Shown piece by piece: positions 43,798 through 52,796 of a stretch of DNA of 64,000 bases. The notes under the pieces were generated by a model that worked only from the letters and a program-made list of their open reading frames with translations, searched no databases and was not told the origin of the DNA. A program made the translations under genes and the position numbers. The DNA comes from a phage: sequence record PZ445489.1; one strand, written 5' to 3'. Numbering within the stretch: the first letter of the stretch is position 1; the number at the start of each line of letters is the position of its first letter.

Positions 43798-44229
43798 ATG
43801 AACAAAGTTGATAAAGCTCTAGTTTTCGCAGCAGCAGATAAGTTTGAACAAGTTAAGGCAACTTTCCGAACCCTGTTTCAGTCTTACGTTCAGGATAAGT
43901 CTAATCCTATTTCTGAACGCTTGATGGTTTGGGAGTGTCATGCTTGCAATGCCCTATTAATTGCGGATTATCGTAGCGATATAGATAAAGATCTTTGTGA
44001 AATCCTTATCCCCGAGGAAGCAGAACGTTATCAGCTAATCTCTTTCCAAGATTTGGCGGAGCACATCATCCCCGATGATCTTTGGGATAAATACTATGGT
44101 GATCCTGAAGATGAAGGAATGACTCCAGAAGCATGCATTGAGCTGATCTGCAAAGATCATCCTGAAATTACAGAGAAATTTGAAAAAGTTTTTGCTTCTG
44201 AGTTCTCCGGCGTTGTTAATGATTGGTAA
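43798..44229 (+). CDS. hypothetical protein (143 aa)
   Basis: ORF. Confidence 0.5.
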   Translation: MNKVDKALVFAAADKFEQVKATFRTLFQSYVQDKSNPISERLMVWECHACNALLIADYRSDIDKDLCEILIPEEAERYQLISFQDLAEHIIPDDLWDKYYGDPEDEGMTPEACIELICKDHPEITEKFEKVFASEFSGVVNDW

Positions 44230-44232
44230 GTA

Positions 44233-44293
44233 ATTAAAAAATTCAGTTGCTTTAAGCCTTAAAATTCTGTATAATAAGTTCATAAATTAATGA
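44233..44293 (+). promoter_or_regulatory. T5-type early promoter
   Basis: TTGCTT 44247-44252, 17-nt spacer, TATAAT 44270-44275. Confidence 0.65.
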
Positions 44294-44307
44294 GAGAGGA
44301 AATTCTA

Positions 44308-44559
44308 ATGGAAAACATGACTAAAAATGAAATGGCTAACGTTCTGGCAATTCTCCTCGACATGCAGGGTTTTGAGGGTCAGCTCATGAAGATGTCTATT
44401 CCGGCAATGAAAAAGATGTATGATTCTCTGAATAAGAATGCTATGGCATTCAACCTTGCAAAACAGGAAGCACGTTTTGCTAAAGAGCATCAAGCGACTG
44501 CCGAACGTCGTGCAGCATCTTTTGAGCGTGAAGTTAAGCAACTGAAAGGTAAGAAATAA
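44308..44559 (+). CDS. hypothetical protein (83 aa)
   Basis: ATG 44308 after GAGAGAGG; track start 44290 lies in promoter leader. Confidence 0.5.
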   Translation: MENMTKNEMANVLAILLDMQGFEGQLMKMSIPAMKKMYDSLNKNAMAFNLAKQEARFAKEHQATAERRAASFEREVKQLKGKK

Positions 44560-44723
44560 TGGAAAGAGTATCAATTTCAATACTGTCATTCCTTATAGGA
44601 ATACTAATATATAATATGGTTTCTCTTAACATACGCTTAACTGAAGTAGACAAGTCTCTTCATGAGCTAAACGTAGAGATTTGCAAAGTAACGCCAAATA
44701 ACGAAAAATGTAGGGGCATTTAA
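44559..44723 (+). CDS. small membrane protein (54 aa)
   Basis: TAATG overlap with upstream gene; hydrophobic; below ORF-track cutoff. Confidence 0.35.
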   Translation: MERVSISILSFLIGILIYNMVSLNIRLTEVDKSLHELNVEICKVTPNNEKCRGI

Positions 44724-45004
44724 TGTTAACTGAAATTCTCATTGGATTGCTAGTGCTTATGACACTAGTAGCGATTGGCGGGATTATTGGTATTGTAAGC
44801 ATGCGAAAAAATATAGAGAGTATGCTTACTACTAATAGTGGACTTCACTGCCGCTTAATAGAACAAGAACAAGATATTGAACTAGCACAGAGACGCTCAG
44901 ATATTCTAAAAGAAAAACTAAATAATATTGAAGCAATAGCTGGGAATACAAAATTACCTAATAAAGTAATGCGTGCACAGATAATTACGGAGATTAAAAA
45001 ATGA
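44723..45004 (+). CDS. membrane-anchored protein (93 aa)
   Basis: TAATG overlap; N-terminal TM segment. Confidence 0.45.
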   Translation: MLTEILIGLLVLMTLVAIGGIIGIVSMRKNIESMLTTNSGLHCRLIEQEQDIELAQRRSDILKEKLNNIEAIAGNTKLPNKVMRAQIITEIKK

Positions 45005-45246
45005 TGATGTTTATTCTAGCGTTTTATCTAATTGTGGTTGGTGTACTGGTTACCAAGTACCACACATGGACGCCAAAGAATGTTGTTAAGGTAGCTTTAT
45101 TTGTTATTCCAGTCCCACTTATTATATTTTCTATGTTACTGGTGATGTTAATCGGTAGAGTGACGAAGACCGATATTAAGCGCATTGCTGACGAATTGCA
45201 ACAGTCCTGTGATATGGTTGAGGATATTCTTAAAGATGAAGCTTAA
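45001..45246 (+). CDS. membrane protein (81 aa)
   Basis: ATGA overlap; two hydrophobic segments. Confidence 0.45.
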   Translation: MMMFILAFYLIVVGVLVTKYHTWTPKNVVKVALFVIPVPLIIFSMLLVMLIGRVTKTDIKRIADELQQSCDMVEDILKDEA

Positions 45247-45562
45247 TTTTAATGAATTAAATACCTTACATGAGATATTACAGTTTGTGAATAATAATAT
45301 TAGTATTCCAGATGATACACTAGAAGTCCTCATGGTAATCGAGAAAAAGGTAGGAATTGAGATTGAGGACTTCTGGAAACCGCTTTCTGTATTAACACCT
45401 CTTAATATGAAAGTGATAGTTAAAAATATCGATACTGGTGAAGAATGTAAGATGATTCGTAAAGAGCTAGCTGATAGCTATTCACCAAAGTCTGTAGTAA
45501 TGTATCATGATGACACACCTAAGGTTCTACAGACAGCTAATTACGTATGGCGTCTCCCATGA
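45236..45562 (+). CDS. hypothetical protein (108 aa)
   Basis: ATG overlapping upstream stop; track start 45185 is upstream in-frame. Confidence 0.45.
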   Translation: MKLNFNELNTLHEILQFVNNNISIPDDTLEVLMVIEKKVGIEIEDFWKPLSVLTPLNMKVIVKNIDTGEECKMIRKELADSYSPKSVVMYHDDTPKVLQTANYVWRLP

Positions 45563-45661
45563 TTGATTTAGTACCAATTACTGCGGGGCTAATAGCACTA
45601 TTAGTGCTCGCAGTTTTCATTATTGTGGAGCAGGCCAAAGTAATAAGGAGACTTAAAAACA

Positions 45662-45862
45662 ATGATAAAACGTCTTGTTTATCGGGCACCAAAGATTGTA
45701 ACTGAGTATTTTGTATTACTGCCCCAGATTGTATTTCTAACAGCATTATTTAATATACTTTTTCGACATCTAGGAATAACGGAAAATATCTTCTACACTT
45801 CTGAACTACTTCCTTTTATGTATGAAGGCATCATCGTGGCAATTAACGGAGTTCGTAAATGA
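45662..45862 (+). CDS. hypothetical protein (66 aa)
   Basis: ATG after AAGGAG RBS. Confidence 0.45.
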   Translation: MIKRLVYRAPKIVTEYFVLLPQIVFLTALFNILFRHLGITENIFYTSELLPFMYEGIIVAINGVRK

Positions 45863-46320
45863 CAGCACTACAACAACTACAGAATTACTGGTTTGATAAC
45901 CAATTTAACGATCTTTTCATCCAGTTGTTTGTCGAAACGAACGGACGCTTCAACTACCGATTCTTTAATAAGTTTCACGAAACAAAATTCTCGCATACAG
46001 AAATTAATGCAGCGATCCAAGACCTAACTGGTTCTAAAGTAGTTCAATATCGTGAAGTAGACTTTACACCAGATTGTTTTGGGTTTGAATTGTTTAAGAA
46101 AGCATATAAATTTGGTAAGTTTGAGGATGCTCGTCAATGGGTTCATGATTTCTGGTACAACACTGATATTGTTCCTAGTCGTGTACTGATTCTTAGCTGG
46201 ATTGCTAAACAACATCCGCCTAAAGCTCAATCATCCTTCTTACCGACTGACACAGGAAACCTCTACCATGACAGAAAAGAAAAATCCATTATTGGAGCAG
46301 ATGAAGGAGTGGGAGAGTAA
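45859..46320 (+). CDS. hypothetical protein (153 aa)
   Basis: ORF, ATGA overlap. Confidence 0.5.
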   Translation: MTALQQLQNYWFDNQFNDLFIQLFVETNGRFNYRFFNKFHETKFSHTEINAAIQDLTGSKVVQYREVDFTPDCFGFELFKKAYKFGKFEDARQWVHDFWYNTDIVPSRVLILSWIAKQHPPKAQSSFLPTDTGNLYHDRKEKSIIGADEGVGE

Positions 46321-46639
46321 TATTGAATCTGGTCTAATAGATGGTGAAGATATTGTTAACTCCATGCTAGAAGTAACAGTAGATAATATTAATCCTATTC
46401 TGGCTGGAGAAACCTCAGATCTTATAGGACTCTCTAGCACATTTGATTCTTTGGCTAAATTAGCCTTAGACGATGAAGAGATAACCAAAGAAGATCTCGC
46501 TACAGCTATGAATATGGCTATTAACGCTTACATTGGTAAACGTACCGATGAACTCGGTAAACAGATCAATAAGCGTGATACTACGCTAGGTCTTATGGAA
46601 ACGGCCACTATGTTAAGAAGTGGTAAACAACTTCATTAA
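46268..46639 (+). CDS. hypothetical acidic protein (123 aa)
   Basis: Internal ATG chosen to minimise overlap with upstream ORF. Confidence 0.45.
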   Translation: MTEKKNPLLEQMKEWESNIESGLIDGEDIVNSMLEVTVDNINPILAGETSDLIGLSSTFDSLAKLALDDEEITKEDLATAMNMAINAYIGKRTDELGKQINKRDTTLGLMETATMLRSGKQLH

Positions 46640-46641
46640 TT

Positions 46642-46680
46642 TTAAGGGGCCAGGACTTAGTTGTTCTGGCCTTTTGTGCT
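46642..46680 (+). terminator. rho-independent terminator
   Basis: ggccag...ctggcc stem followed by TTTTGTG. Confidence 0.5.
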
Positions 46681-46694
46681 TCAAGGAACTTCAA

Positions 46695-46898
46695 ATGCAA
46701 GTATATGTCCTTACTAGAGATATAAATGAGTATAATCAGGATGGTGAGTATTTTGTAAAAGTATTCGCTGAAAAGCCAAGTAAACAACAATTATTAGATG
46801 CTGGAGTACCGGAAGACCAAGCTAAGTGTTTACTGCAGGATAAAGAGTTTACTGGGGATGCTTACGAATGTTTCTACCTTAACTGTGAGACTATTTAA
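46695..46898 (+). CDS. hypothetical protein (67 aa)
   Basis: ATG after AAGGAA; follows terminator. Confidence 0.45.
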   Translation: MQVYVLTRDINEYNQDGEYFVKVFAEKPSKQQLLDAGVPEDQAKCLLQDKEFTGDAYECFYLNCETI

Positions 46899-46899
46899 T

Positions 46900-47346
46900 A
46901 TGAGAGAGAAAGTAAATGAATTATTAATCGAGGAAGCTAACAACTTTCCAATAAATAGGTTCATTAAATCGGATGGATCTATTAATAGAACTAAGATTAA
47001 GCAGCTACACCCCGACTTTCAACAAGAAGCACTAAACCTTATATTTATCAAGAAAGCCGTTGCAGCTCACGGGGCTTTCTTCGGATATGAGCGTGTAAAT
47101 TATAAAACAATGCAGCAGCAAGTCGAGATTTATTGTCCAGATCATGATGGTTATTACTGGCAGACTGCTAGATCTCATTTAGAAGGGCATGGTTGTCGAC
47201 TGTGTGCACACAAGGTTGTGCAGCGCGTCACGGATTATGGAACTTATACCGTACCAGCATGTTACCATAAATTTGTGATTGACGATAATCATATAGTTTG
47301 GTATAATAAGTTTTCAAAGCTAAGAATGGAGATAAATAGTGAGTAG
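46900..47346 (+). CDS. hypothetical Cys/His-containing protein (148 aa)
   Basis: CPDHDGYYWQ..HGCRLCAH cluster suggests metal binding. Confidence 0.45.
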   Translation: MREKVNELLIEEANNFPINRFIKSDGSINRTKIKQLHPDFQQEALNLIFIKKAVAAHGAFFGYERVNYKTMQQQVEIYCPDHDGYYWQTARSHLEGHGCRLCAHKVVQRVTDYGTYTVPACYHKFVIDDNHIVWYNKFSKLRMEINSE

Positions 47347-47629
47347 CTATATTGTATGGTCAAACCCACTAGCAGCACTTAGTAACAAACTATTTAAAAC
47401 AACGTGGGGATATAATGAGATAGACTTAGGTAGTCGCCCAATACCAAACAAACACCCCTTAGTTCCAGAGCTGTATAGGGTAGTAATAAATGGCGCAGAG
47501 TATTTGGTTGATAAATTTGACAGAAAACGTTTACTAGAGGGTATCTACGATAATTCTACATCAATAAATGAATTAGTAGAACATGCTCAAATATATGATA
47601 AAAGCTGGATGTTAATATGGAGATCATAG
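47339..47629 (+). CDS. hypothetical protein (96 aa)
   Basis: ORF; GTG start. Confidence 0.45.
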   Translation: MSSYIVWSNPLAALSNKLFKTTWGYNEIDLGSRPIPNKHPLVPELYRVVINGAEYLVDKFDRKRLLEGIYDNSTSINELVEHAQIYDKSWMLIWRS

Positions 47630-47850
47630 TAATTATTTTAGCAGTTATGTTATTTATTGTAACATTTGTATCATTTGCTATTATGCGCAGAGCTAGAGAA
47701 CTAGCGGAAGATATAACAAAATTACGTGGTGAGTTAGCTGCTCTTAAATTACAGCGTGAGGCTTTAAAGTTGTTTGTGGTTCAGGGTAGCGTAGAACATA
47801 CAACAGAAGACTTCATCACGTATCTCAAACGTTACATGGGAATTAAATAA
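47617..47850 (+). CDS. membrane-anchored protein (77 aa)
   Basis: N-terminal TM segment. Confidence 0.45.
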   Translation: MEIIVIILAVMLFIVTFVSFAIMRRARELAEDITKLRGELAALKLQREALKLFVVQGSVEHTTEDFITYLKRYMGIK

Positions 47851-48035
47851 TGGAAACTCTTTTTCTTTTAATGCTCGTAGGTTCCCTGCTAGTTATACTA
47901 GCACTTCTACTAATCTGTAATATTCTTAATAATAAGAATTTAGAGTTAAAGTGTGAGAACCAAATCCTTAACCGTGAACTTAAACAATATAACCTAGCAG
48001 CTCATAAGCTGTTAGACAAACTGGAGAATAAATAA
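47850..48035 (+). CDS. membrane-anchored protein (61 aa)
   Basis: N-terminal TM segment; ATGG overlap. Confidence 0.45.
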   Translation: METLFLLMLVGSLLVILALLLICNILNNKNLELKCENQILNRELKQYNLAAHKLLDKLENK

Positions 48036-48655
48036 TGACTTTATATGCACAACAATCTATTCAAGTAGTACCAGAGCATGAACTGAATACATGGGATTAT
48101 AGCTTTAAAGATTTAACTGCTACTGTACAATTCAAATCTATGAAGCTAACCTTTGCACACACTAGTATTAAAGCATGTAAAGATCTTGAAGGTAAGCTCG
48201 AAGATGCTCGCAAGATTTTTGGTACGGCTCGCATCCCGGCGGATAACCTGATTAATGCACTGATCGATGCAGGGTACAAACTTGTGAAGACTGAGGTGAA
48301 CCGCCCCAGTACTCCAGTGACTATTAGAGATCCGTGGCAGTCAGGGACAATCTCAATGCTGAATAACTCCGATAAAAGATTAATGTCGGATATGCACAAT
48401 GTTCCTTGTGGGGGTGTGGTAAGTAGTACGAAGTCATATAAGTTTGGGGAAGATTACGGCCCTTCTGTACAGTTGAAACATACCCAAGAAGCTTTTGAAT
48501 CTGATATGCGAAGCGTAGCACCTGTGGATGCTGGAGTTTCTAGGAGTTCTGTTTGTACTATTCATTTTAATAATCCTAGTAAACATGGAAGTCTAGAAGA
48601 TGCAATTATGGAAGCACTGGGAGCTGTTATTAATGAAGATAAGAGGGGTAATTAA
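48035..48655 (+). CDS. hypothetical protein (206 aa)
   Basis: ORF. Confidence 0.5.
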   Translation: MTLYAQQSIQVVPEHELNTWDYSFKDLTATVQFKSMKLTFAHTSIKACKDLEGKLEDARKIFGTARIPADNLINALIDAGYKLVKTEVNRPSTPVTIRDPWQSGTISMLNNSDKRLMSDMHNVPCGGVVSSTKSYKFGEDYGPSVQLKHTQEAFESDMRSVAPVDAGVSRSSVCTIHFNNPSKHGSLEDAIMEALGAVINEDKRGN

Positions 48656-49386
48656 TGAAAGATTTGGCAGTAAAATTTAAGAATATTCTAGCCCTCGCTA
48701 AGGGGGCTGATCATCGCTGTTTCTCTGATCTAACTGCTCAAGAGAAACATGCAGTAATGTTTGTTTGTGAGATGTTCCCAGCTAGGTGGGAAGGTGGTAA
48801 GATTAAGTATGATAACAAAGCTGCAAAAGCTGACCTTGCTTACTCTTATGTTGATATGAATAAACTTCTCAAGTCTTTAGATCCAACTGCTAAAGGTCAC
48901 ATGGGAAACTATATTCATGTTATTATTGATGAACCTCTCCCAGCGTATAGAGAAACATCCGCTAGAGAAGCGTTAGAAGCGTATCCTGAGCAACTTCTTA
49001 TCCCACCTAAGAAATGTAAGTTCGATCATCTTCCAGCATTAGCTTTTGAAACTAGCATTACGTTTGAAGATATTTATAGAACGATTGGAGCTGTAGTAGC
49101 ACGGATTGCAGTGGCACATCATCGTGATATAGAACTAACTACAGCGGAAGATTACATTCTATATGCTATCCACGATGAAAAGGACTCCTTCAAACGTTTA
49201 ATGGATGCGCTAGGATTAGGTAGTCTCACTGCACTTGTGCTTAACCAGGCTCCTAGAACTAAGCGTTATGCAAAAGGATCTATTACTCTTGAAGAAACAG
49301 GATCTACATCTTCATTCCTTGCTACGTATATTTATCTAGCATCTAAAGGAATCTATCTAAAGGCTAGAAAGAATGTCACTATATAA
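48655..49386 (+). CDS. hypothetical protein (243 aa)
   Basis: ORF. Confidence 0.5.
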   Translation: MKDLAVKFKNILALAKGADHRCFSDLTAQEKHAVMFVCEMFPARWEGGKIKYDNKAAKADLAYSYVDMNKLLKSLDPTAKGHMGNYIHVIIDEPLPAYRETSAREALEAYPEQLLIPPKKCKFDHLPALAFETSITFEDIYRTIGAVVARIAVAHHRDIELTTAEDYILYAIHDEKDSFKRLMDALGLGSLTALVLNQAPRTKRYAKGSITLEETGSTSSFLATYIYLASKGIYLKARKNVTI

Positions 49387-49729
49387 AGTATATATTCTTG
49401 CAAATAGGGATCTGACGAAGATCCCTAAGAGAACAAAGATCGGTATTAGTATGAATCCACATAATAGGATTCAAACACTAAACTTAGATAAGATAGTTTA
49501 TCGTGGTTTTGACGATTTATACGTGTATGGGATCTATGAAACCCATAATCCTAGAGATCTAGAAGCCGCTGCACATATCTACTTTAAGAAATACCGCTGT
49601 AATTTAAAGGGATTCGAAGGATGCACAGAGTTCTTTGATATTCACCCACAACTTGCAGAACGATTCCTATTAAATACAGGAGCCAAGAAGATTTACGACC
49701 CCAATATCAATCTCGAAGGAGATGTATAA
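49373..49729 (+). CDS. GIY-YIG-like nuclease domain protein (118 aa)
   Basis: YKVYIL...KIGISMNPHNRIQTL resembles the GIY-(N10)-YIG-..R..N pattern; weak. Confidence 0.4.
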   Translation: MSLYKVYILANRDLTKIPKRTKIGISMNPHNRIQTLNLDKIVYRGFDDLYVYGIYETHNPRDLEAAAHIYFKKYRCNLKGFEGCTEFFDIHPQLAERFLLNTGAKKIYDPNINLEGDV

Positions 49730-49734
49730 ACGTT

Positions 49735-49790
49735 AACAAAATCTTCTTGACAACTCATTGCGGAACATGTTATAATAATCTCATAGATTA
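49735..49790 (+). promoter_or_regulatory. near-consensus sigma70 promoter with no downstream ORF
   Basis: TTGACA 49747-49752, 18-nt spacer, TATAAT 49771-49776. Confidence 0.5.
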
Positions 49791-49815
49791 AAAACAACTC
49801 TTGTTTTGAACTCTA

Positions 49816-49911
49816 GGGGCGATGATTATTACACTTAGTATTACGTCTATACGTTGCGACAGCACGAGTATAGATCTAATTACTAAGTCTTCCGTAATAC
49901 TCACGCGCCCC
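49816..49911. repeat. imperfect nested palindrome (about 95 bp)
   Basis: ggggcg..gtattacg..ctatac..gtatag..cgtaatac..cgcccc. Confidence 0.5.
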
Positions 49912-50224
49912 ACGAGGAATCTCACATGAAATGGGGGTATATTTACTTTTAAATAACTAAAAATATTTAAAGGCAATATCTGTGTTCAAGATGATACACC
50001 TGTTGCCGCTCATCTGCTAGGATGGCACAACACTTTCTAGTAGACTCCTAAGTTTCTAGGAATAGTTGAGCACTAACTCTAGAGTTTACATTAAACTTTA
50101 AATCTGTTTCTCTAGCCAACTCAGGCGGTTTTCATTGTTCCTAGAAACTCTAGCAATAGGCGGTTATAGGGAGGGCGGTTATTTCTAGAAGACATTTTTT
50201 GAAAACACATTTCCAGAAATTACT

Positions 50225-50825
50225 GTCGGATTTGCACACTGCATTTCTAGAAATTTATGGTCGGATTTGCACAAACGCCTAAGTTTTTAGGGACACATAA
50301 TCTCCTGAAAATAGCAGCATTATTTCGGGCCGAAGGCCCATGATTGCCTGAGTTTTTAGAGCCACAGAAATTTTCACTTGTCAAGCTATTTTGCCCCGTT
50401 TAGCTAATAAAATTTTACTTTTTCTGCACCTATCTCAAATTAACCCAAATTATCTCACATCTTCCCCAAAATCCCCGCAAATCAGGTGCTCCGCACCAAA
50501 CATGCGCCCCATCCTTCTAGCCTCCCAAATTTCTCTCACTCTCTCATCTTCTCCTCAAACCCACACAATCACACACCCTCCAATCGAAGTCACAAAAATC
50601 TTGTCGGATTCGCACAAATAAACCCATGTCGGATTTGCACATATTCTAGCTAATTCCACAGGATTGATGCGCAGCATCGGATTGCTGGAGTTTTTGGGAA
50701 AATTCATTGTCGGATTTGCACACTATAAAAATTTTTCGGGTCGGATTTGCACACTACCAAAAATTGTCGGATTCGCACATACATGCCCGCACGTAACACC
50801 CGTGGAGCAATGTCGGATTTGCACA
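50225..50825 (+). repeat. eight direct copies of 14-bp box GTCGGATT(T/C)GCACA
   Basis: Copies at 50225, 50260, 50603, 50628, 50709, 50740, 50766, 50812, all same orientation. Confidence 0.8.
50510..50585 (+). other. G-free C/T/A tract on + strand (about 75 nt)
   Basis: cctcccaaatttctctcactctctcatcttctcctcaaacccacacaatcacacaccctc has no G. Confidence 0.7.
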
Positions 50826-50871
50826 AAAGCGCAGGGCAATTGCCCTGCTAGCCTGAATGCGAATGATAATA

Positions 50872-51000
50872 AGAATCATTATCATTTAAAAAGCGAAATG
50901 AGAACTATTCAAAAAGTGAAATGATTCTCATTTAGGAAAGGAAATGATTATCGGTTAGAAAGTGAAATGCGAATGAGAATAATTCTCATTTAAGAATGGA
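50872..51000. promoter_or_regulatory. cluster of palindromic AATGAGAAT-N-ATTCTCATT-type operator-like boxes
   Basis: Palindromes at 50872-50896, 50928-50943, 50982-51000 plus GAAATGA half-site repeats. Confidence 0.55.
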
Positions 51001-51023
51001 AGTGAGAAACACTGTTATTTAAG

Positions 51024-51105
51024 TTATCCACAGACTTATTAACAGCACGATTTGACTTGACAGAATCCTAGCCATTTTGAGGCGTTATTAACAGACTTAT
51101 CCACA
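51024..51105 (+). promoter_or_regulatory. two DnaA-box-like TTATCCACA sites
   Basis: TTATCCACA at 51024-51032 and 51097-51105. Confidence 0.5.
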
Positions 51106-51129
51106 GCTTATCCTACTGTATAAATATAC
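51094..51129. repeat. 36-bp inverted repeat, left copy (partner 54637-54672)
   Basis: gacttatccacagcttatcctactgtataaatatac; 34 of 36 match reverse complement of right copy. Confidence 0.7.
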
Positions 51130-51327
51130 AGTATTCCTACGTAGTGAATAATTCTAATATACCGCTAAAACGTCCTAGATCGCATTCTAACGCGTTTAAT
51201 TTTGGTGGGGATACTAAAACAAGGGCAAAATTGGAGGAGGCTTAAAAATTAGTTAGCCCGCTAACGATCACACAAGTCGACACGTAACACCCTAATCATT
51301 AGCAGGCTAACCATCGCGGGCGCGCTC

Positions 51328-51348
51328 AAATGAGAATGATTCTCATTT
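51328..51348. promoter_or_regulatory. palindromic operator-like box AAATGAGAATGATTCTCATTT
   Basis: 10-bp arms, same family as the 50.9-kb boxes; just beyond 3' end of leftward operon. Confidence 0.5.
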
Positions 51349-51389
51349 GAGAATTGGGGGCACTCCCTGGTAGTTGCGCCCCGTTATTA

Positions 51390-51584
51390 TTAATCCGGTA
51401 ATTGATGCGTGATCTTCTCCTCTTCCCCATAGGAATCGACCAAATGCTGATAATAACCATCGGCATCATAAATAACGCTATCATATTCCCCCCGCTCGAC
51501 CGCTTGCCGGTTTTCCGGCGTATCGGGCACGTAAAAAACATCAACCATTGTACTGATTTTGGTTACAACAATTTTATTGCTCAT
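51390..51584 (-). CDS. hypothetical pre-early protein (64 aa)
   Basis: ORF, last gene of leftward operon; ATGA overlap with upstream gene. Confidence 0.45.
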   Translation of the reverse strand: MSNKIVVTKISTMVDVFYVPDTPENRQAVERGEYDSVIYDADGYYQHLVDSYGEEEKITHQLPD

Positions 51585-51925
51585 TGCGCCACCTTTCGAA
51601 ACGCTGTTTCAATACTATCCGCAGTGGATTGAATATACGCGCCTTTCATTACTAGGCGCTCGGTGCATACCTTGCGGAAAATATTAATAAAATCATCTTC
51701 ATTTTCTGCAATTAATGCTTCACCCATAACCTGAACGTCACAAGATGCAAAGGTCAAAAATTGAAACGCTAGTTCACGGGCAACGACCGCATTAATCTTA
51801 TAATGCGCTTTGCCCTCATAAATATTAATAACGCCCTTATAAGCTGGTGAAAGCTGGTTTAAATAGTTTGCTAACAATGCCGGGCGGCAATTAGCAACAA
51901 AGCGGTTGCCCTCATAAATAACCAT
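51581..51925 (-). CDS. hypothetical pre-early protein (114 aa)
   Basis: ATG after GGGAGG RBS (track start 51940 is upstream in-frame). Confidence 0.5.
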   Translation of the reverse strand: MVIYEGNRFVANCRPALLANYLNQLSPAYKGVINIYEGKAHYKINAVVARELAFQFLTFASCDVQVMGEALIAENEDDFINIFRKVCTERLVMKGAYIQSTADSIETAFRKVAQ

Positions 51926-51926
51926 T

Positions 51927-52052
51927 TTATAACCTCCCAATCAGATAGCCAGATAAAAGCATAAAAACCCCCAGTAAAAGGGGATCATTCTTAAATAGGG
52001 TGGCGGTAAAACCGCCAACCATTGCAAGGATAATAATAATAACGCTTTTCAT
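51927..52052 (-). CDS. small hydrophobic membrane peptide (41 aa)
   Basis: Single TM helix; stop overlaps next start; below ORF-track cutoff. Confidence 0.3.
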   Translation of the reverse strand: MKSVIIIILAMVGGFTATLFKNDPLLLGVFMLLSGYLIGRL

Positions 52053-52261
52053 AGTACCCCACGAAACGCAGCGTAAAAGGTGGCAAAGTGTTTAACCGTT
52101 TCAGCGATCACGTTGCCGCGCTTGTCAAATTTCTTTTCTGTAACACGAAAGGCATTCTTATTACGTGCTACATATTCGATTTTACAATCTTCACGCTCGA
52201 ACGTGTTAACATCCACCAGCTTAAAGCCTTTCGAACGGGCAAGGGAAACATTGCGGATCAT
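52049..52261 (-). CDS. hypothetical pre-early protein (70 aa)
   Basis: ATG after AAGGAG RBS. Confidence 0.5.
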   Translation of the reverse strand: MIRNVSLARSKGFKLVDVNTFEREDCKIEYVARNKNAFRVTEKKFDKRGNVIAETVKHFATFYAAFRGVL

Positions 52262-52263
52262 TT

Positions 52264-52419
52264 TTATTCTCCTTTACTAGTCATGCAGCCCAGCAGATAA
52301 GAAAATGCAGCGATACCTGCGCCAATAATAACCGCGTGAACGCCGAAAGCTATTGCAAACAACGATAAAATAGCGCCCAAGATACCCGCTAAAATAGCTC
52401 GAAAAATAACCATTTTCAT
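52264..52419 (-). CDS. small hydrophobic membrane peptide (51 aa)
   Basis: Single TM helix; below ORF-track cutoff. Confidence 0.3.
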   Translation of the reverse strand: MKMVIFRAILAGILGAILSLFAIAFGVHAVIIGAGIAAFSYLLGCMTSKGE

Positions 52420-52460
52420 TCCCCCTAGTTAGTGGGGCGAAAATAACGCCCCGTTATTAA

Positions 52461-52769
52461 TTACATTAAAACAATTTTAGCCGCTTGTTTTTTGGTGCAA
52501 TGTTCTGCTTTCAGGGTATCCAGCAAAAAGCCCGCCGTTTGCTGATCGATTTGATCATTATCATAAAGCGCCTGAATGGTAGTGTATGTTTTAGCAATGC
52601 CATATTCTTGCACCATTTCGTGAATAATAACGCGGTTAGATACCCAGCCTTGAGCGGTGAACAGATGACTAGCAGAAGAATAAGCAACCATTTTAAGCCT
52701 CCAATTTTTGGGAAAATTTTCAACCGTCCTCAAACGGTGTAAAGGCATTATAACAAAAAAGGCCACCAT
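52461..52769 (-). CDS. hypothetical pre-early protein (102 aa)
   Basis: ORF. Confidence 0.5.
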   Translation of the reverse strand: MVAFFVIMPLHRLRTVENFPKNWRLKMVAYSSASHLFTAQGWVSNRVIIHEMVQEYGIAKTYTTIQALYDNDQIDQQTAGFLLDTLKAEHCTKKQAAKIVLM

Positions 52770-52796
52770 AAAAGGCGACCTTTACAAAACTTTACA

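Noticed and set aside
50225-50825. Possible CRISPR array from the repeated 14-bp GTCGGATTTGCACA boxes
   Set aside because: Repeats are too short, spacing is irregular (21 to 330 bp), there are no cas genes, and the context is a phage regulatory region.
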